Virus record (IMG/VR): IMGVR_UViG_3300033066_000693
Span: 192,001-256,000 of that record
From: a virus
Reading direction: 5' to 3' (one strand)
DNA length: 64,000 bases
Numbering within the stretch: position 1 is the stretch's first letter; the number at the start of each line of letters is the position of its first letter. This document shows, piece after piece, positions 31,801 through 40,557 of the stretch. Both the position numbers and the translations under genes were made by a program. Below the pieces are notes generated by a model, which was not told where the DNA came from, ran no database searches, and was given only the letters and a program-made list of their open reading frames with translations.

Positions 31801-32090
31801 TCTAGCGAATCCGCTATCTTCTTCTGCATAGGAGTCAGATTCGTTACAAGCTGAGCTTTTGGAGCAGCAGGAGCTTCAACCGCAGGAGCCATGCGAGGAG
31901 GAGCTACCGGCTTAGGAGCGGCAGGAGGCGGAGTAGGAGCAGCTACGGGAGGCTTATATCCTTGCTGAAAATGAGATAGAGGAGGGAACTCGGCAGGATA
32001 AGGGTCATTCTGCGACAAAGGTACGTCACGCTCGATAAAGCGTCGTAAAGCTGCTTCCTTAAGGTTTTGTAAAAAGGCTCTTACATTCAT
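28815..32090 (-). CDS. 1091-aa hypothetical virion/internal protein with Pro/Ala-rich N-terminal region
   Basis: Long ORF; N-terminal PVAAPTPPPAAPKPVAPPRMAPAVEAPAAPK low-complexity linker; no catalytic motif recognised. Confidence 0.55.
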   Translation of the reverse strand: MNVRAFLQNLKEAALRRFIERDVPLSQNDPYPAEFPPLSHFQQGYKPPVAAPTPPPAAPKPVAPPRMAPAVEAPAAPKAQLVTNLTPMQKKIADSLEQIFEFRVNTAREEGGEPTGPRLHALALKFQEDMEQKILSSPPMARQDTRVALQFVMSKLMGSNDKVDPQTALQELESKYLSMVSQARQANGGRYDVEALNNEFIAKYSKDPKYAPYMREFLEKIQSQILPEENAPTMVDENESLSEQEIRGLIFLNGATATGSMPEIRDNPTNSHIFTEIMNEAKEKRGIDREAMAVLFESSYLAFDAQDPKSFQRYYKMFINNAAKISAQDAVKIVTKGLKGSADSMTSRLESSNIPHFIENVMFNPDDYGKENFMKYFLDRDKKALMSVISQNGATPEELTEVSNIKKEITDDSGKTRKKGKNTEEVQNVCIKYIKPLSEYVMNLMRHKDEEFFDWACQEAWRWAGRTQNKERQGAQVKNDDGSMSAFDYSDTKSDGGWSEERGDIMEQQNDEEAEFGGETLDDREENAVGRDLEQGGVFESEGLPGDKNVVDMNGLVRPAKLTSFFANYRKLNGLYSDVKNAMESRYEQAKQELAQNPKNRKKIRAVMFNMLQKAVLYERIFATADKIMNGLFMKAQDGNDIHVGDERLKNILNQEWDSLFKQEDWGNFDWSMNDPQIQAVVNKGVQDGLGDAASVYADVIGKAYDDKGNVNKNNIQRKIDAGMESMQEVYLSPEIVAKHGKEAIISFIDLTGFRKNIASLGALLSKTNSATYDDKIEYLTELVRKGALPHLSEEEIENMPLRQVAEIFGGVQRQLQALYGKSEDMISIIEDPANPYVSAEDISQVAAASGMPQVNSKETFQKLPPDKKLGLAKKLYATPKFQKFKLFIDRNETGLRKMLRYYVGQETSKNPQFLSSIGAGSEDDIYAMPRRRVLQIAQKFFPQVYRAYSSGEMKNTEVYKVLSKVDSAKNELVANELLTDFLNKFQTLQQVEAPQEEAGGDDDGGSATDGRTTFYDQALAFARILDMPTAQRVAAHAHYPVMRKIANQKRTNDLLVLRYRLAKRNVDTSVVDAIIERLAENARRESMGSQ

Positions 32091-32144
32091 TAACCTGACT
32101 CCTTCTAAGCTTTTTGTATTTCAAGCTTTTGACAGCCCATTCCT

Positions 32145-33008
32145 TCATAATTTGAGAGATCGGAGCCTCTCTTCGGCATTCTTGCATATATCCTCGCCCC
32201 TATCGCCGCCAAAGAAAGAAAATCCCTTACTTTTAGCCACTATTGCCGTTGTACCGCTTCCCATAAATGGGTCCAAAACCAATCCTCCCTTTCGGCAGCA
32301 AGCGTCTATAGGAACCTCAACAAGCTCTTCAGGATATGGGGCTATATGCCCTACCCCATGCTCTGTACTAAGATCCCAAACAGACCTTCTCTCCCTTGGT
32401 TCTGCTAAGAGATTGTCCGTCATCAAATACCTAACCTTCTCTTTATCAAAGAAGTATTTCTGCTTCTTGGAAAACATAAACAGAGGCTCATAGTCTATCG
32501 TGAACCTATTTTGGGCAGTCGTAGGTTGAACAACCCTTTTGCGCCAGATAATATGATTTCGACAAAACCAGCCTCTCTCGTCAATCATTTGAATCGCAAA
32601 ACGATATGGTATCATCAAAAGCGACCGTCTAGGCAACTGCTTCTGATACTTAGTTGTTTTGATCCTATTTTTGCCAATCGAGGGGGCGTCGTTCTGCCCG
32701 CTATTAAAGTAGCCGCCAGTGTTCTCGTTAAAACAATCGCCCAAGTTTACCCAAACAGTTCCGTCTGACTTTAGGACTCTCTTGACTCCATCAAATACGT
32801 CCACAAGACAATCTATGTAGTCTTTTAGGGCATTCTCTAAGCCAATCTGTCCAACGTATCCATAGTCTCTCTGCTGCCAGTAAGGAGGCGAAGTCACGCA
32901 GATATCTACGCTCTTATCAGGAAGAAGAGACAATATCTCTTTGCAATCGCCGCAAAGAACTTGGTCTATAGCCTCTCGCCAATTGGTTATCTGAGATGCA
33001 TAACGCAT
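32145..33008 (-). CDS. DNA amino-methyltransferase (N4-cytosine or N6-adenine, beta-class), orphan
   Basis: Motif IV SPPY near the N-terminus (VTSPPYWQQ) and motif I DPFMGSGTT near the C-terminus (beta-class order); no adjacent restriction endonuclease gene. Confidence 0.7.
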   Translation of the reverse strand: MRYASQITNWREAIDQVLCGDCKEILSLLPDKSVDICVTSPPYWQQRDYGYVGQIGLENALKDYIDCLVDVFDGVKRVLKSDGTVWVNLGDCFNENTGGYFNSGQNDAPSIGKNRIKTTKYQKQLPRRSLLMIPYRFAIQMIDERGWFCRNHIIWRKRVVQPTTAQNRFTIDYEPLFMFSKKQKYFFDKEKVRYLMTDNLLAEPRERRSVWDLSTEHGVGHIAPYPEELVEVPIDACCRKGGLVLDPFMGSGTTAIVAKSKGFSFFGGDRGEDICKNAEERLRSLKL

Positions 33009-33021
33009 ACATCAGATATCG

Positions 33022-33810
33022 TCACAGACTGCCGTGACCAACTTCAGCGGTGCCATTGTTATGAACATTAGAGTCTCGCATTTTACGAAGGTCCAAAGTA
33101 ATCGCCTTGGTTTCCTTGTACCGAGCGTCAATATCAGAAACTATCTTCTCTCGGACGCAAGATTCATAAGTCATCTCAACGAACTCTAGACCCCTAACTC
33201 CATTGAGTCTAGCAATGGCGTCAGACAGTCCATTACTGTTTCCAATAAGGTCAGACTGTTCAACGTCGCCTGTACAAACGATCTTTGACCCCTCTCCAAT
33301 ACGTGTCAAGATCATTCTCATCTGCTGCCTAGTGGAGTTCTGCATTTCGTCCGCAATGACATAAGAGTTCTTGAACGTACATCCTCGCATGTATGCGATA
33401 GGATAGATCATGATTTTCTTCTCTTCAATCAGTTCTTTGATTGCGTCATGGCTAAGGTAGTCTGAGACAACCTCATACAACGGCATGACTGCCCATCCCA
33501 TCTTAGCATCAAAGTTACCGGGCAAGAATCCTAGCTTCTCACCAGCTTCAACATAAGGTCTAGTAAAAATCACTCGCTCGTATCTACCCTTAAGCATTTC
33601 TTGAATGCCCCAACCAACGGCGCAGTGACTTTTTCCCGAGCCGGGGACTCCATACAAAAAGGTAACTTGATTTTCGGAAATGGCTCTCAGCGCCTTTTTC
33701 TGTCCTTCATTCTTAGCACTTACGGAAACAAGAAGTTTCGAATTCCCAGTTCCTTCGTGTAGAACAAACTCATTGCTACCTTTTCTGCTGGTCTTGGTTT
33801 TTCTTGCCAT
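33022..33810 (-). CDS. phoH: PhoH-like ATPase
   Basis: Walker A GVPGSGKSH; PhoH-family motif IAYMRGCTF (compare AFMRGRT); Walker B region VIADEMQN; GGAGA Shine-Dalgarno. Confidence 0.75.
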   Translation of the reverse strand: MARKTKTSRKGSNEFVLHEGTGNSKLLVSVSAKNEGQKKALRAISENQVTFLYGVPGSGKSHCAVGWGIQEMLKGRYERVIFTRPYVEAGEKLGFLPGNFDAKMGWAVMPLYEVVSDYLSHDAIKELIEEKKIMIYPIAYMRGCTFKNSYVIADEMQNSTRQQMRMILTRIGEGSKIVCTGDVEQSDLIGNSNGLSDAIARLNGVRGLEFVEMTYESCVREKIVSDIDARYKETKAITLDLRKMRDSNVHNNGTAEVGHGSL

Positions 33811-33870
33811 AAAGTCTCCTATATCAAACGAACGAATAAGCCTTAGAAGAAGGCCAAATTAGTAAATGAT

Positions 33871-33938
33871 AAAACCTTCCTTACCCATTTAGCTGGGCTG
33901 CGGGTCGATTGTTTTGACTCGCTTTTAAGGAAGGTTTT
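33871..33938. promoter_or_regulatory. Perfect 13-bp inverted repeat (AAAACCTTCCTTA / TAAGGAAGGTTTT) with a 42-nt spacer, in the 149-nt gap upstream of phoH
   Basis: Seen directly: arms at 33871-33883 and 33926-33938; on the minus strand the distal arm is followed by a T-rich tract, so it may act as a long-loop terminator, RNA structure or operator. Confidence 0.35.
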
Positions 33939-33959
33939 CACCAATGTATTCTCGATTTA

Positions 33960-34415
33960 TTACGCCTTGCGTTTACCTAGTTCATTTTCAAGAATATCGT
34001 ATTTGACTCCTTTGATTGTGTTGTTCTTTGAACGATTAAGACACTTTATCATAAGGTCATGTTCATTTCTAACACGAATCTCGCCCAAATCGAAAATATA
34101 AGAGTTTCTTGCGTCTAACGTACCTTCAATATACTTAAGCACCATAGGAACATGAAGGGCGTGACCTTGGTTTTTTGATGCTCCCAAGAACACTTTTTTG
34201 GCAAGTTCTGGAAGCTGATCAATAATAGGATCTCCGCCTCTAACTATTCTGTTTATTAGCTCTTGAGAAGGTACAAAGTAAAACTCAATCTCATTTTCTA
34301 TTCCAAGAGATCGAAGCTTTGAAATCATTTCGCCGGTGGTTGGTTTTAGTTTGTTTTCCATACCAATATTGTCGGCTATTCTTATGAACCGCCTCCGAAC
34401 ATATACCTGAACCAA
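33960..34415 (-). CDS. Hypothetical protein (151 aa)
   Basis: Operon ORF; overlaps the upstream gene by 34 nt. Confidence 0.4.
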   Translation of the reverse strand: MVQVYVRRRFIRIADNIGMENKLKPTTGEMISKLRSLGIENEIEFYFVPSQELINRIVRGGDPIIDQLPELAKKVFLGASKNQGHALHVPMVLKYIEGTLDARNSYIFDLGEIRVRNEHDLMIKCLNRSKNNTIKGVKYDILENELGKRKA

Positions 34416-35665
34416 CGGCTTCGTCCGCCGGGCAAAGTAAACTCAGGAGTAACAATAGCCTTGGTTCTTGGATATGGTCCAAACTTCTTCTGCTCAAGAA
34501 GCCTAGTCACTTCTTCTTCATAGTTCTTCTTCAGAGTTTCTAGATTAGAGAACGCCTTCTGCGCGGCTTCTGTTCCGCCAAACACCTGCTGAGGCTGTTG
34601 GAACTGAAGACACATTAGCATTTCTCGAATAGCGTCCTTGGCCGCTCCATACAAAACAACTGGGATATACATATCTGGAAATGTCAACAAGTTGTATCTT
34701 GTTGCAGGAGGGTATAGATTGATAATGAATACGGCGTTTTCAAGGAATCGATCCAACTGAGAGTCAGAAAACCATCTAAAGTTGTAATCAGCATATACTG
34801 TGTCGTATGAAGTAAGAGGCTCATCAAACGTGACAAGCCCCTTGAAGTAGTTGATCTCCAAGCCTTCTTCTATTTGCTTCTGATTTCGATAGATACGAGT
34901 ACCAAATGCTTGATTCCAACGATTGAATGTAAACTTGAACTTAGAATTAGTTGGATCCGGAATAGCCTGCTCTCGGTATACTGGAATTCTTTGAGCGCAG
35001 GCAAGCATTTCGGTAAGGGCTGTTCGCATATCTGCCAACGCATTACCATAAAGATGGATTATGGAGTTTGATTGGTCGCCAGCAGCAGAGACAACAATAG
35101 TCTGAAGCTCTACGCCGCTAAAACCGCTAGCAGTATAAGCCCATGTAGCGAGATAATCGCCGGGGGTTATATCAGAAGCAACGCTCCAATCCCAAGCATA
35201 GAAACCACTCTTAATGAAAACCGGACTTACAGCAGAGATAATCGTAGTGCCTTCAAAAGAGATGGAAAGAGTGATAGAATCCGCTGTCAAAGGATTACCA
35301 TGAACATCGGTTATGTTCAAAAAGAGCGTGCTGGTAGTACCTTGAGCAAACTTGCCTCTAACTTCGGAAACAGCTTGAACAGGAGTGCTAACGCTAAACG
35401 GACCAATGGTTTGACTCGTATAGATTGGTTCATCCCCATCCGTAGAGATAATTTCCCATGTTGCTATGTACGTTGTATTGTTTTCTATAGCAAGATTGTA
35501 TTCATAGATTCCAGTAGAAGAATTCGTAACGGCTGTATCATCAGGAACAACAATAGTTCCGTCTTGCTTCTTGACTCCATAAGACTCGTCAGAAGACGAC
35601 AGCTTTACGGAATATGCGTTTGCAAGATCCGACCCTACTCGATATTCGATATAAATTCTCTGCAT
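34382..35665 (-). CDS. Virion structural protein (427 aa), putative
   Basis: Operon ORF; T/S-rich N-terminal half. Confidence 0.5.
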   Translation of the reverse strand: MQRIYIEYRVGSDLANAYSVKLSSSDESYGVKKQDGTIVVPDDTAVTNSSTGIYEYNLAIENNTTYIATWEIISTDGDEPIYTSQTIGPFSVSTPVQAVSEVRGKFAQGTTSTLFLNITDVHGNPLTADSITLSISFEGTTIISAVSPVFIKSGFYAWDWSVASDITPGDYLATWAYTASGFSGVELQTIVVSAAGDQSNSIIHLYGNALADMRTALTEMLACAQRIPVYREQAIPDPTNSKFKFTFNRWNQAFGTRIYRNQKQIEEGLEINYFKGLVTFDEPLTSYDTVYADYNFRWFSDSQLDRFLENAVFIINLYPPATRYNLLTFPDMYIPVVLYGAAKDAIREMLMCLQFQQPQQVFGGTEAAQKAFSNLETLKKNYEEEVTRLLEQKKFGPYPRTKAIVTPEFTLPGGRSRWFRYMFGGGS

Positions 35666-36147
35666 TAGCCAACACCTGTTGTAATATTCACCGTGGACTG
35701 CGAACGAGAAGTTCCTTGCGTAATGTTAATCGACCCTCCATTGACGGGAGAGCTTTTGGTAATAATCTGAACATTATTTCCTACAACAGTACCACTGGAA
35801 ACATTTGTATTATTCGAAGAAACCAACGTTGGGGCCTTTATCTCTACTTGTTTAGGAGACGATACAAGATTCTCAATTATGGTAGAATACTCAATCTCTT
35901 CCGGGTTTACAGCAGTTATAGCCAAGATAACAGATAAATCAACTTGATCATAAAACTTTATTCCACCTCTAAAACCATCAGGGAAAGCAGAATACGTCCA
36001 AAGATAGTGTCCTTGACCTATTTCAACAAACCCATCAGTAAGAACGTCTGTAATGTTTGCTCCTGTTATATCAAAAAGCTGAGCAGCCAAGCTTTTTCCT
36101 GCTCTACTTGAGCCTAATGACAAAGATGTTGAAAATGCATATGACAT
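35665..36147 (-). CDS. Structural protein sharing an N-terminal module with the 51307..52299 product
   Basis: AGKSLAAQLFDITGANITDVLTDGFVEIGQGHYLWTYSAFPDGFRGGIKFYDQVDLSVILAI aligns with AGVSLCAQLIKTSGANVTPLISDGFIEIGEGFYLWEYNNVPENFRGGVKFYDQNDTSKVLSFI. Confidence 0.55.
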   Translation of the reverse strand: MSYAFSTSLSLGSSRAGKSLAAQLFDITGANITDVLTDGFVEIGQGHYLWTYSAFPDGFRGGIKFYDQVDLSVILAITAVNPEEIEYSTIIENLVSSPKQVEIKAPTLVSSNNTNVSSGTVVGNNVQIITKSSPVNGGSINITQGTSRSQSTVNITTGVG

Positions 36148-36149
36148 AG

Positions 36150-36404
36150 TTAGTACGCGAAATACGCAGAACCTCCCGATCCTCCAACTAGAGTCAGATT
36201 ATTGAACAGTATGCCATGACAAGAAAACGGATCTGTCAACCAGTCTATCGGTGCATTTAGAACTCCTGTTGGAATCTCTATAAGGAAATCATTAATAGAC
36301 GCTGAAAAAGTCACTTCTATCAATACTCCATCTGCTTCATTCGGTATTTCAAGAATGAAGTTTTGATAGTCACCTTCAGAAAAAACTATATCGTCTACAG
36401 CCAT
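36150..36404 (-). CDS. Hypothetical small protein (84 aa)
   Basis: Operon ORF between two structural genes. Confidence 0.4.
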   Translation of the reverse strand: MAVDDIVFSEGDYQNFILEIPNEADGVLIEVTFSASINDFLIEIPTGVLNAPIDWLTDPFSCHGILFNNLTLVGGSGGSAYFAY

Positions 36405-36413
36405 TCAATCTCC

Positions 36414-38552
36414 TTAATAAAGAGTCAACAAAGCTCTAACTCGGATATTGTCTCCAAGAGAAGCTGGAGTGAAGCGAAGATAAGTTGTATCATTGCCTTT
36501 ATCATCGGTTGTCCAGCTTACCCAGTTTGAACCGCCATCTGTAGATTTCTCCCAAGTACCGCTTCTAGTTGTTGAATCATCTGTAACTAACAAACTTCCG
36601 GAAACTGCGTCATACAATCTAATCTTCAATCTAGGAACAGTCCCGCCAAAGGCTGTAGCAAACCTCCACGCAAACTGCTTACTAGACAGACTAGAATTGC
36701 CAACAGACGGTTGATAGTGGCTATCGGTTGACAGATCTTCATAGATAACACCCAATGCCATTACCTGAGAAGGCACGCACGATTGTCCCATTATCTTGAA
36801 CTCAAGTTTTAGCTGACATGATGTTGCTGAACTAATGGAACTCATATCTCCTGACGCAGGCAGTACAGTCCAGCTACCGCTATTATCGCTTATGCCTGAA
36901 GTTCTAACTGATAGCCTAACTGGCTCTGTCATAACTCCAAGATTTTTTACACTTGCGCCACCTTGAATATCTTTTTGTGCAATATATGCTCTAACATAAG
37001 AAGCAACATTTGCTGTAGAAATTTCAGGAGTAATAACAACCTGATTCGTATTCGCTGTATATTCCCAATCACATGCTGTTGGAATGGCAAAAACAAAATT
37101 AGTTATAGCAGTAAGGCCTGTTTGGGCCATGTACAATATACCATTAGAGCGACCCAATAAAAAAACGCCCAAAGAATAGGAAGGATGAGGATAAACGTCA
37201 GAACTTGAAGTAACCTGAGGAGTCTGTTTATCATCCATCAAAAAGACTCTATCCCATTGTGACCCGTCACTTCGATATTGAGTACAATAACATCTTGAAG
37301 CTGTACTAATATAAAACTTATCTAGTATACTAGAATATACTAAATTATTCAAAGTAGCAGTAAGAGCAGAAGTTGTTGACGATCCCGGCGGAACCTCTAA
37401 ACAGTTATCGCCAGCCCAAGTAGTCGAGTTAGAAACAATTGTTGTTATATCCGCCGTTCTATACAAACGGGTTGTCGTGGTAAAATATCCGCATGGTATG
37501 CCAGATCCGCTTCCATGACTGGTGGTAGCAATTACAAAGTTGTTGTTCTGAGATGGAGTGCCAGTTAATGCGCCGTGCGAGCCTGATTTTAGAACAAATG
37601 CGTCGGTAGATTTTCCAGAGACGACAGTAAGAGCCGCTCGCATGTTATATTTGTACAAAATAGGATTAGCAACCGTATCTAGGACGTATAAATGCTGTGT
37701 GGTCCAGTCTGTCTTAATATAATCGCATCCAATGGGTGCAATATTTGTAGAAGTAGCCGCATCTCCAATCCAATAGTTTGTTCTTGCAACTTGATCTGCA
37801 TTGGTTGCCGCAGCAATAGACGTGCCACCGCCATTAAAGGCTTCATACTTTAATCCTTTAGATATAAATACTCCGCCGTTAGTAGATGTGGTTGCATTCG
37901 TAACAACTTGTACTGCTCGGAGTTCTTCTATCACATAGGTTCCGCTACTGATAGTAGCAGATTCCGTCAGCGTTAGGCTTGTATCGCTTCCGACAGCGGA
38001 TATCTCATACCACCTAGAAACCGAAGAAGGAGTTGTGGTTCCAAAACCTATTCTAGACCCCGGACATATTTTTGCAGTAGACCATGTAGTGCTAGAGCCA
38101 GTTACGGTCGTTCCGCTGCAAGAGGCAGTACCAGTGGTATACTTATCATATATCATCTGAAAACCTCTTACAACATATGTGCCTTGAGTGCCAGCAAATG
38201 GAAAAGCTACCGTTATAAATCCCTTCCAAGTAAATACTGATGTTGTTCTATTAAACTCATAAAGCTGGATTCTTCTAGTAGCAGCGGCGGCAGCTTGATC
38301 CGCAAAGAAAACCCAATCTATTGTACTAGACCAAGGGACGGTATCTAAGTGATAAGCTGGAACTGCTCCGCCTGTTTCTACTGGACGAGCAAATCCCATT
38401 TGTATTGGACTTACATATTTAGTATCTTCTGTAGATCCATTAGCCTGAAAAATCATAGAACCCAAGCCAAGCTTTGTGGAATCATACGACTCAACGCCAT
38501 AGACATAGCTGCTTTGAGCGCCGAATCTGTATTCATATGCTATCTTTGACAT
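36414..38552 (-). CDS. 712-aa Ser/Thr/Gly-rich structural protein (fibre or receptor-binding candidate)
   Basis: Long ORF; T/S-rich low-complexity stretches (TTTRLYRTADITTIVSNSTTW, GSGSGIP); adjacent to a collagen-like fibre gene. Confidence 0.5.
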   Translation of the reverse strand: MSKIAYEYRFGAQSSYVYGVESYDSTKLGLGSMIFQANGSTEDTKYVSPIQMGFARPVETGGAVPAYHLDTVPWSSTIDWVFFADQAAAAATRRIQLYEFNRTTSVFTWKGFITVAFPFAGTQGTYVVRGFQMIYDKYTTGTASCSGTTVTGSSTTWSTAKICPGSRIGFGTTTPSSVSRWYEISAVGSDTSLTLTESATISSGTYVIEELRAVQVVTNATTSTNGGVFISKGLKYEAFNGGGTSIAAATNADQVARTNYWIGDAATSTNIAPIGCDYIKTDWTTQHLYVLDTVANPILYKYNMRAALTVVSGKSTDAFVLKSGSHGALTGTPSQNNNFVIATTSHGSGSGIPCGYFTTTTRLYRTADITTIVSNSTTWAGDNCLEVPPGSSTTSALTATLNNLVYSSILDKFYISTASRCYCTQYRSDGSQWDRVFLMDDKQTPQVTSSSDVYPHPSYSLGVFLLGRSNGILYMAQTGLTAITNFVFAIPTACDWEYTANTNQVVITPEISTANVASYVRAYIAQKDIQGGASVKNLGVMTEPVRLSVRTSGISDNSGSWTVLPASGDMSSISSATSCQLKLEFKIMGQSCVPSQVMALGVIYEDLSTDSHYQPSVGNSSLSSKQFAWRFATAFGGTVPRLKIRLYDAVSGSLLVTDDSTTRSGTWEKSTDGGSNWVSWTTDDKGNDTTYLRFTPASLGDNIRVRALLTLY

Positions 38553-38554
38553 TA

Positions 38555-40030
38555 CTATCTCCTAAGAACCACTGTTACGTCTTGGCCTGCAATGGTAGAG
38601 CCAATCTGATCTACATCTATTGTCAGAATATCTCCTTCCGCAAGACTTGTTGTATCAAAACTTGTTTGAGTGCCAGTTGTACTGTTTGCTGCTATTTTTA
38701 TTCTGTTTGCTTGAGTAGAGTCCCAGATAGATGTTCCATTCTTATTGATATCCATGATTAAATCTGCACCAGTTGGACCTGTTTTAGCATAAGCAAAACA
38801 CTTAGTAATAGTACAATCATTGGCTATGATAATTGCGTTAGTTTTGTTTACTCCTGTAGTAATATTTTCTCCTACTGCAAGAACAAAAGTAGTAAACGAT
38901 GGAGAACTTGCCCCTGAATACCCACTTCGTCCAGAATAACCGCTAAAGCCTGAAGATCCTATGGTTCCTATGTATCCTGAGAAGCCTGAAGATCCACTAT
39001 AAGCACTGTATCCTGAAAAACCGCTTATTCCCGAGTAGGCAGAGAAACCCGATGGTCCACTGTATCCTGAGAAGCCGCTGTAAGCAGAGTAACCGCTTCT
39101 GCCGCTATAAGCAGAGTAACCACTAAAGCCTGACGTACCAGAGTAAGCGGAATATCCGCTGAAGCCCGATGGTCCGCTATAACCGCTGAATGCAGAGTAG
39201 CCGCTAAAACCACTTATACCGCTATAAGCAGAATAGCCGCTAAAGCCCGAAGGCCCACTATATCCTGAAAAACCGCTCGGTCCTGAATAGCCGCTGAAAC
39301 CGCTCTCTCCGTCAACGCCAATAATTCCGTCTGCGCCCTTATAACCGCTAAAGCCTGAAGGACCAGAGTAACCGCTAAAGCCGCTCGGTCCTGAATATCC
39401 TGAGAAGCCGGAGATTCCTTGCGTTCCAATGTAACCGCTAAAGCCAGAATAACCGCTGTATCCTGAGAAAGATGAATAGCCAGAAAAACCGCTATAAGCG
39501 GAATATCCGCTGAAGCCCGATATTCCGCTATATCCTGAAAAGCCGCTCGGTCCTGAGTAGCCGCTAAAGCCTGAAGGTCCGCTGTAGCCGCTGAAACCAC
39601 TTGGTCCTGAGTAGCCGCTGAAGCCTGAGATACCGCTATAAGCAGAGTAGCCGCTGTAGCCTGATACTCCGCTGCCAGAATAACCACTAAAACCGCTTAT
39701 GCCTGAGTAAGCCGAGTATCCTGAGAAACCACTCGGTCCTGAGTATCCACTAAAGCCAGACTGAGAAGAATAACCAGAATAGCCAGATAAACCTATATAA
39801 CCACTGTAGCCGGAAAAACCTTGCCCTGAATATCCTGAAAAGCCAGAAGCTCCGTCTCCGCCTCCTCCAAAAGAAATGGTTTTATTTTCCCATTTTCCAG
39901 TAACAGAATTATAAACTAGAACTTGACCATTAGACAGAGACGACAGTGTTACATCAGACTGTTCTCGAAGACCATCAGGAATAAAAAAGGCGGAAGACAA
40001 TAAAGATCTCCTTATTGGAGACTTTACCAT
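38555..40030 (-). CDS. Collagen-like (Gly-X-Ser)n fibre protein, 491 aa, with non-collagenous C-terminal domain
   Basis: About 300 aa of GFS/GYS/GPS/GIS triplets (...SGYSGPSGFSGYSAYSGISGFSGYS...) followed by a roughly 120-aa globular C-terminus. Confidence 0.8.
   Translation of the reverse strand: MVKSPIRRSLLSSAFFIPDGLREQSDVTLSSLSNGQVLVYNSVTGKWENKTISFGGGGDGASGFSGYSGQGFSGYSGYIGLSGYSGYSSQSGFSGYSGPSGFSGYSAYSGISGFSGYSGSGVSGYSGYSAYSGISGFSGYSGPSGFSGYSGPSGFSGYSGPSGFSGYSGISGFSGYSAYSGFSGYSSFSGYSGYSGFSGYIGTQGISGFSGYSGPSGFSGYSGPSGFSGYKGADGIIGVDGESGFSGYSGPSGFSGYSGPSGFSGYSAYSGISGFSGYSAFSGYSGPSGFSGYSAYSGTSGFSGYSAYSGRSGYSAYSGFSGYSGPSGFSAYSGISGFSGYSAYSGSSGFSGYIGTIGSSGFSGYSGRSGYSGASSPSFTTFVLAVGENITTGVNKTNAIIIANDCTITKCFAYAKTGPTGADLIMDINKNGTSIWDSTQANRIKIAANSTTGTQTSFDTTSLAEGDILTIDVDQIGSTIAGQDVTVVLRR
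38930..39845 (-). repeat. Collagen-like triplet repeat region (coding)
   Basis: Nucleotide-level repetition of ccgctgaagcc / gagtagccgct units encoding G-[FYPIT]-S. Confidence 0.8.
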
Positions 40031-40074
40031 TTAATCCCAACAAACCCTCGTTATAGACTGTCTTATCTATTTTG

Positions 40075-40557
40075 CTAATTAGCTATGGATTCTATTGCGG
40101 CTACCACTACATCTGGATCAACAAAAGCTTGTTCGGTAAATACGTCCTGTTCCCAAAGTTCAAACTGCTGAGGCCGCAAAAAGACTCTATCTTTTAGCAA
40201 GTTGATGTTTTGCGCATAGCCGAAAATGTTTGGATCAGAACGACCAAACACAGCTACGCCTCTCTTGCCATGATAAGTGGCGAAATGATTGAAAAAATTG
40301 TCTACCGAAGCCCATGTTGCTGCCTCTGACAACAACTTGGCAAGATCCTTCAATTTTAGGCCTTGCTTGACCTCATCTGCCCCAATAGGGCCTTCCCCCG
40401 GAACGCCAACCTGAATGACACGATAGCCTTTAGACTGCAACTGCTTGGTTACTTCTTTCCACCAAGGATAGTTCTTTGGATTAACTTTGTCAGGGTCAGT
40501 GGGCTTTGCTTTTCTTAGCTTCTTAGAATAAGGACTGATGATTATTGTTTTCTTCAT
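40075..40557 (-). CDS. C-terminal (donor-binding) half of a GT9 heptosyltransferase-like glycosyltransferase, as a separate 160-aa ORF
   Basis: LKLKDLAKLLSEAATWASVDNFFNHFATYHGKRGVAVFGRSDPNIFGY matches the GT9 C-domain pattern (L.eL.all..a.l.ig.DSG..HlAaA.g.P.v.lFG.tdP); ATGA overlap with the upstream ORF, whose C-terminus is the GT9 N-domain. Confidence 0.5.
   Translation of the reverse strand: MKKTIIISPYSKKLRKAKPTDPDKVNPKNYPWWKEVTKQLQSKGYRVIQVGVPGEGPIGADEVKQGLKLKDLAKLLSEAATWASVDNFFNHFATYHGKRGVAVFGRSDPNIFGYAQNINLLKDRVFLRPQQFELWEQDVFTEQAFVDPDVVVAAIESIAN

Noticed and set aside
33811-33959. tRNA gene in the largest intergenic gap.
   Set aside because: No cloverleaf could be drawn; GGGTCGATTG only loosely resembles a T-arm and lacks acceptor-stem complementarity.
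33960-34415. The 151-aa ORF considered as the missing RmlC epimerase.
   Set aside because: No cupin/RmlC His-Asp motif pattern and wrong genomic neighbourhood; left as hypothetical.
39025-39687. Minus-strand ORFs of 62 and 157 aa in alternative frames inside the 491-aa collagen-like gene, and analogous alt-frame ORFs at 54559-54765, 56068-56325, 59671-60015, 60025-60285, 60796-60987, 61666-62007 and 63160-63444.
   Set aside because: They are out-of-frame readings of the GXS repeat DNA (Ala/Thr/Gln/Leu-rich nonsense with identical periodicity); repeat DNA lacks stops in several frames. No independent start signals.
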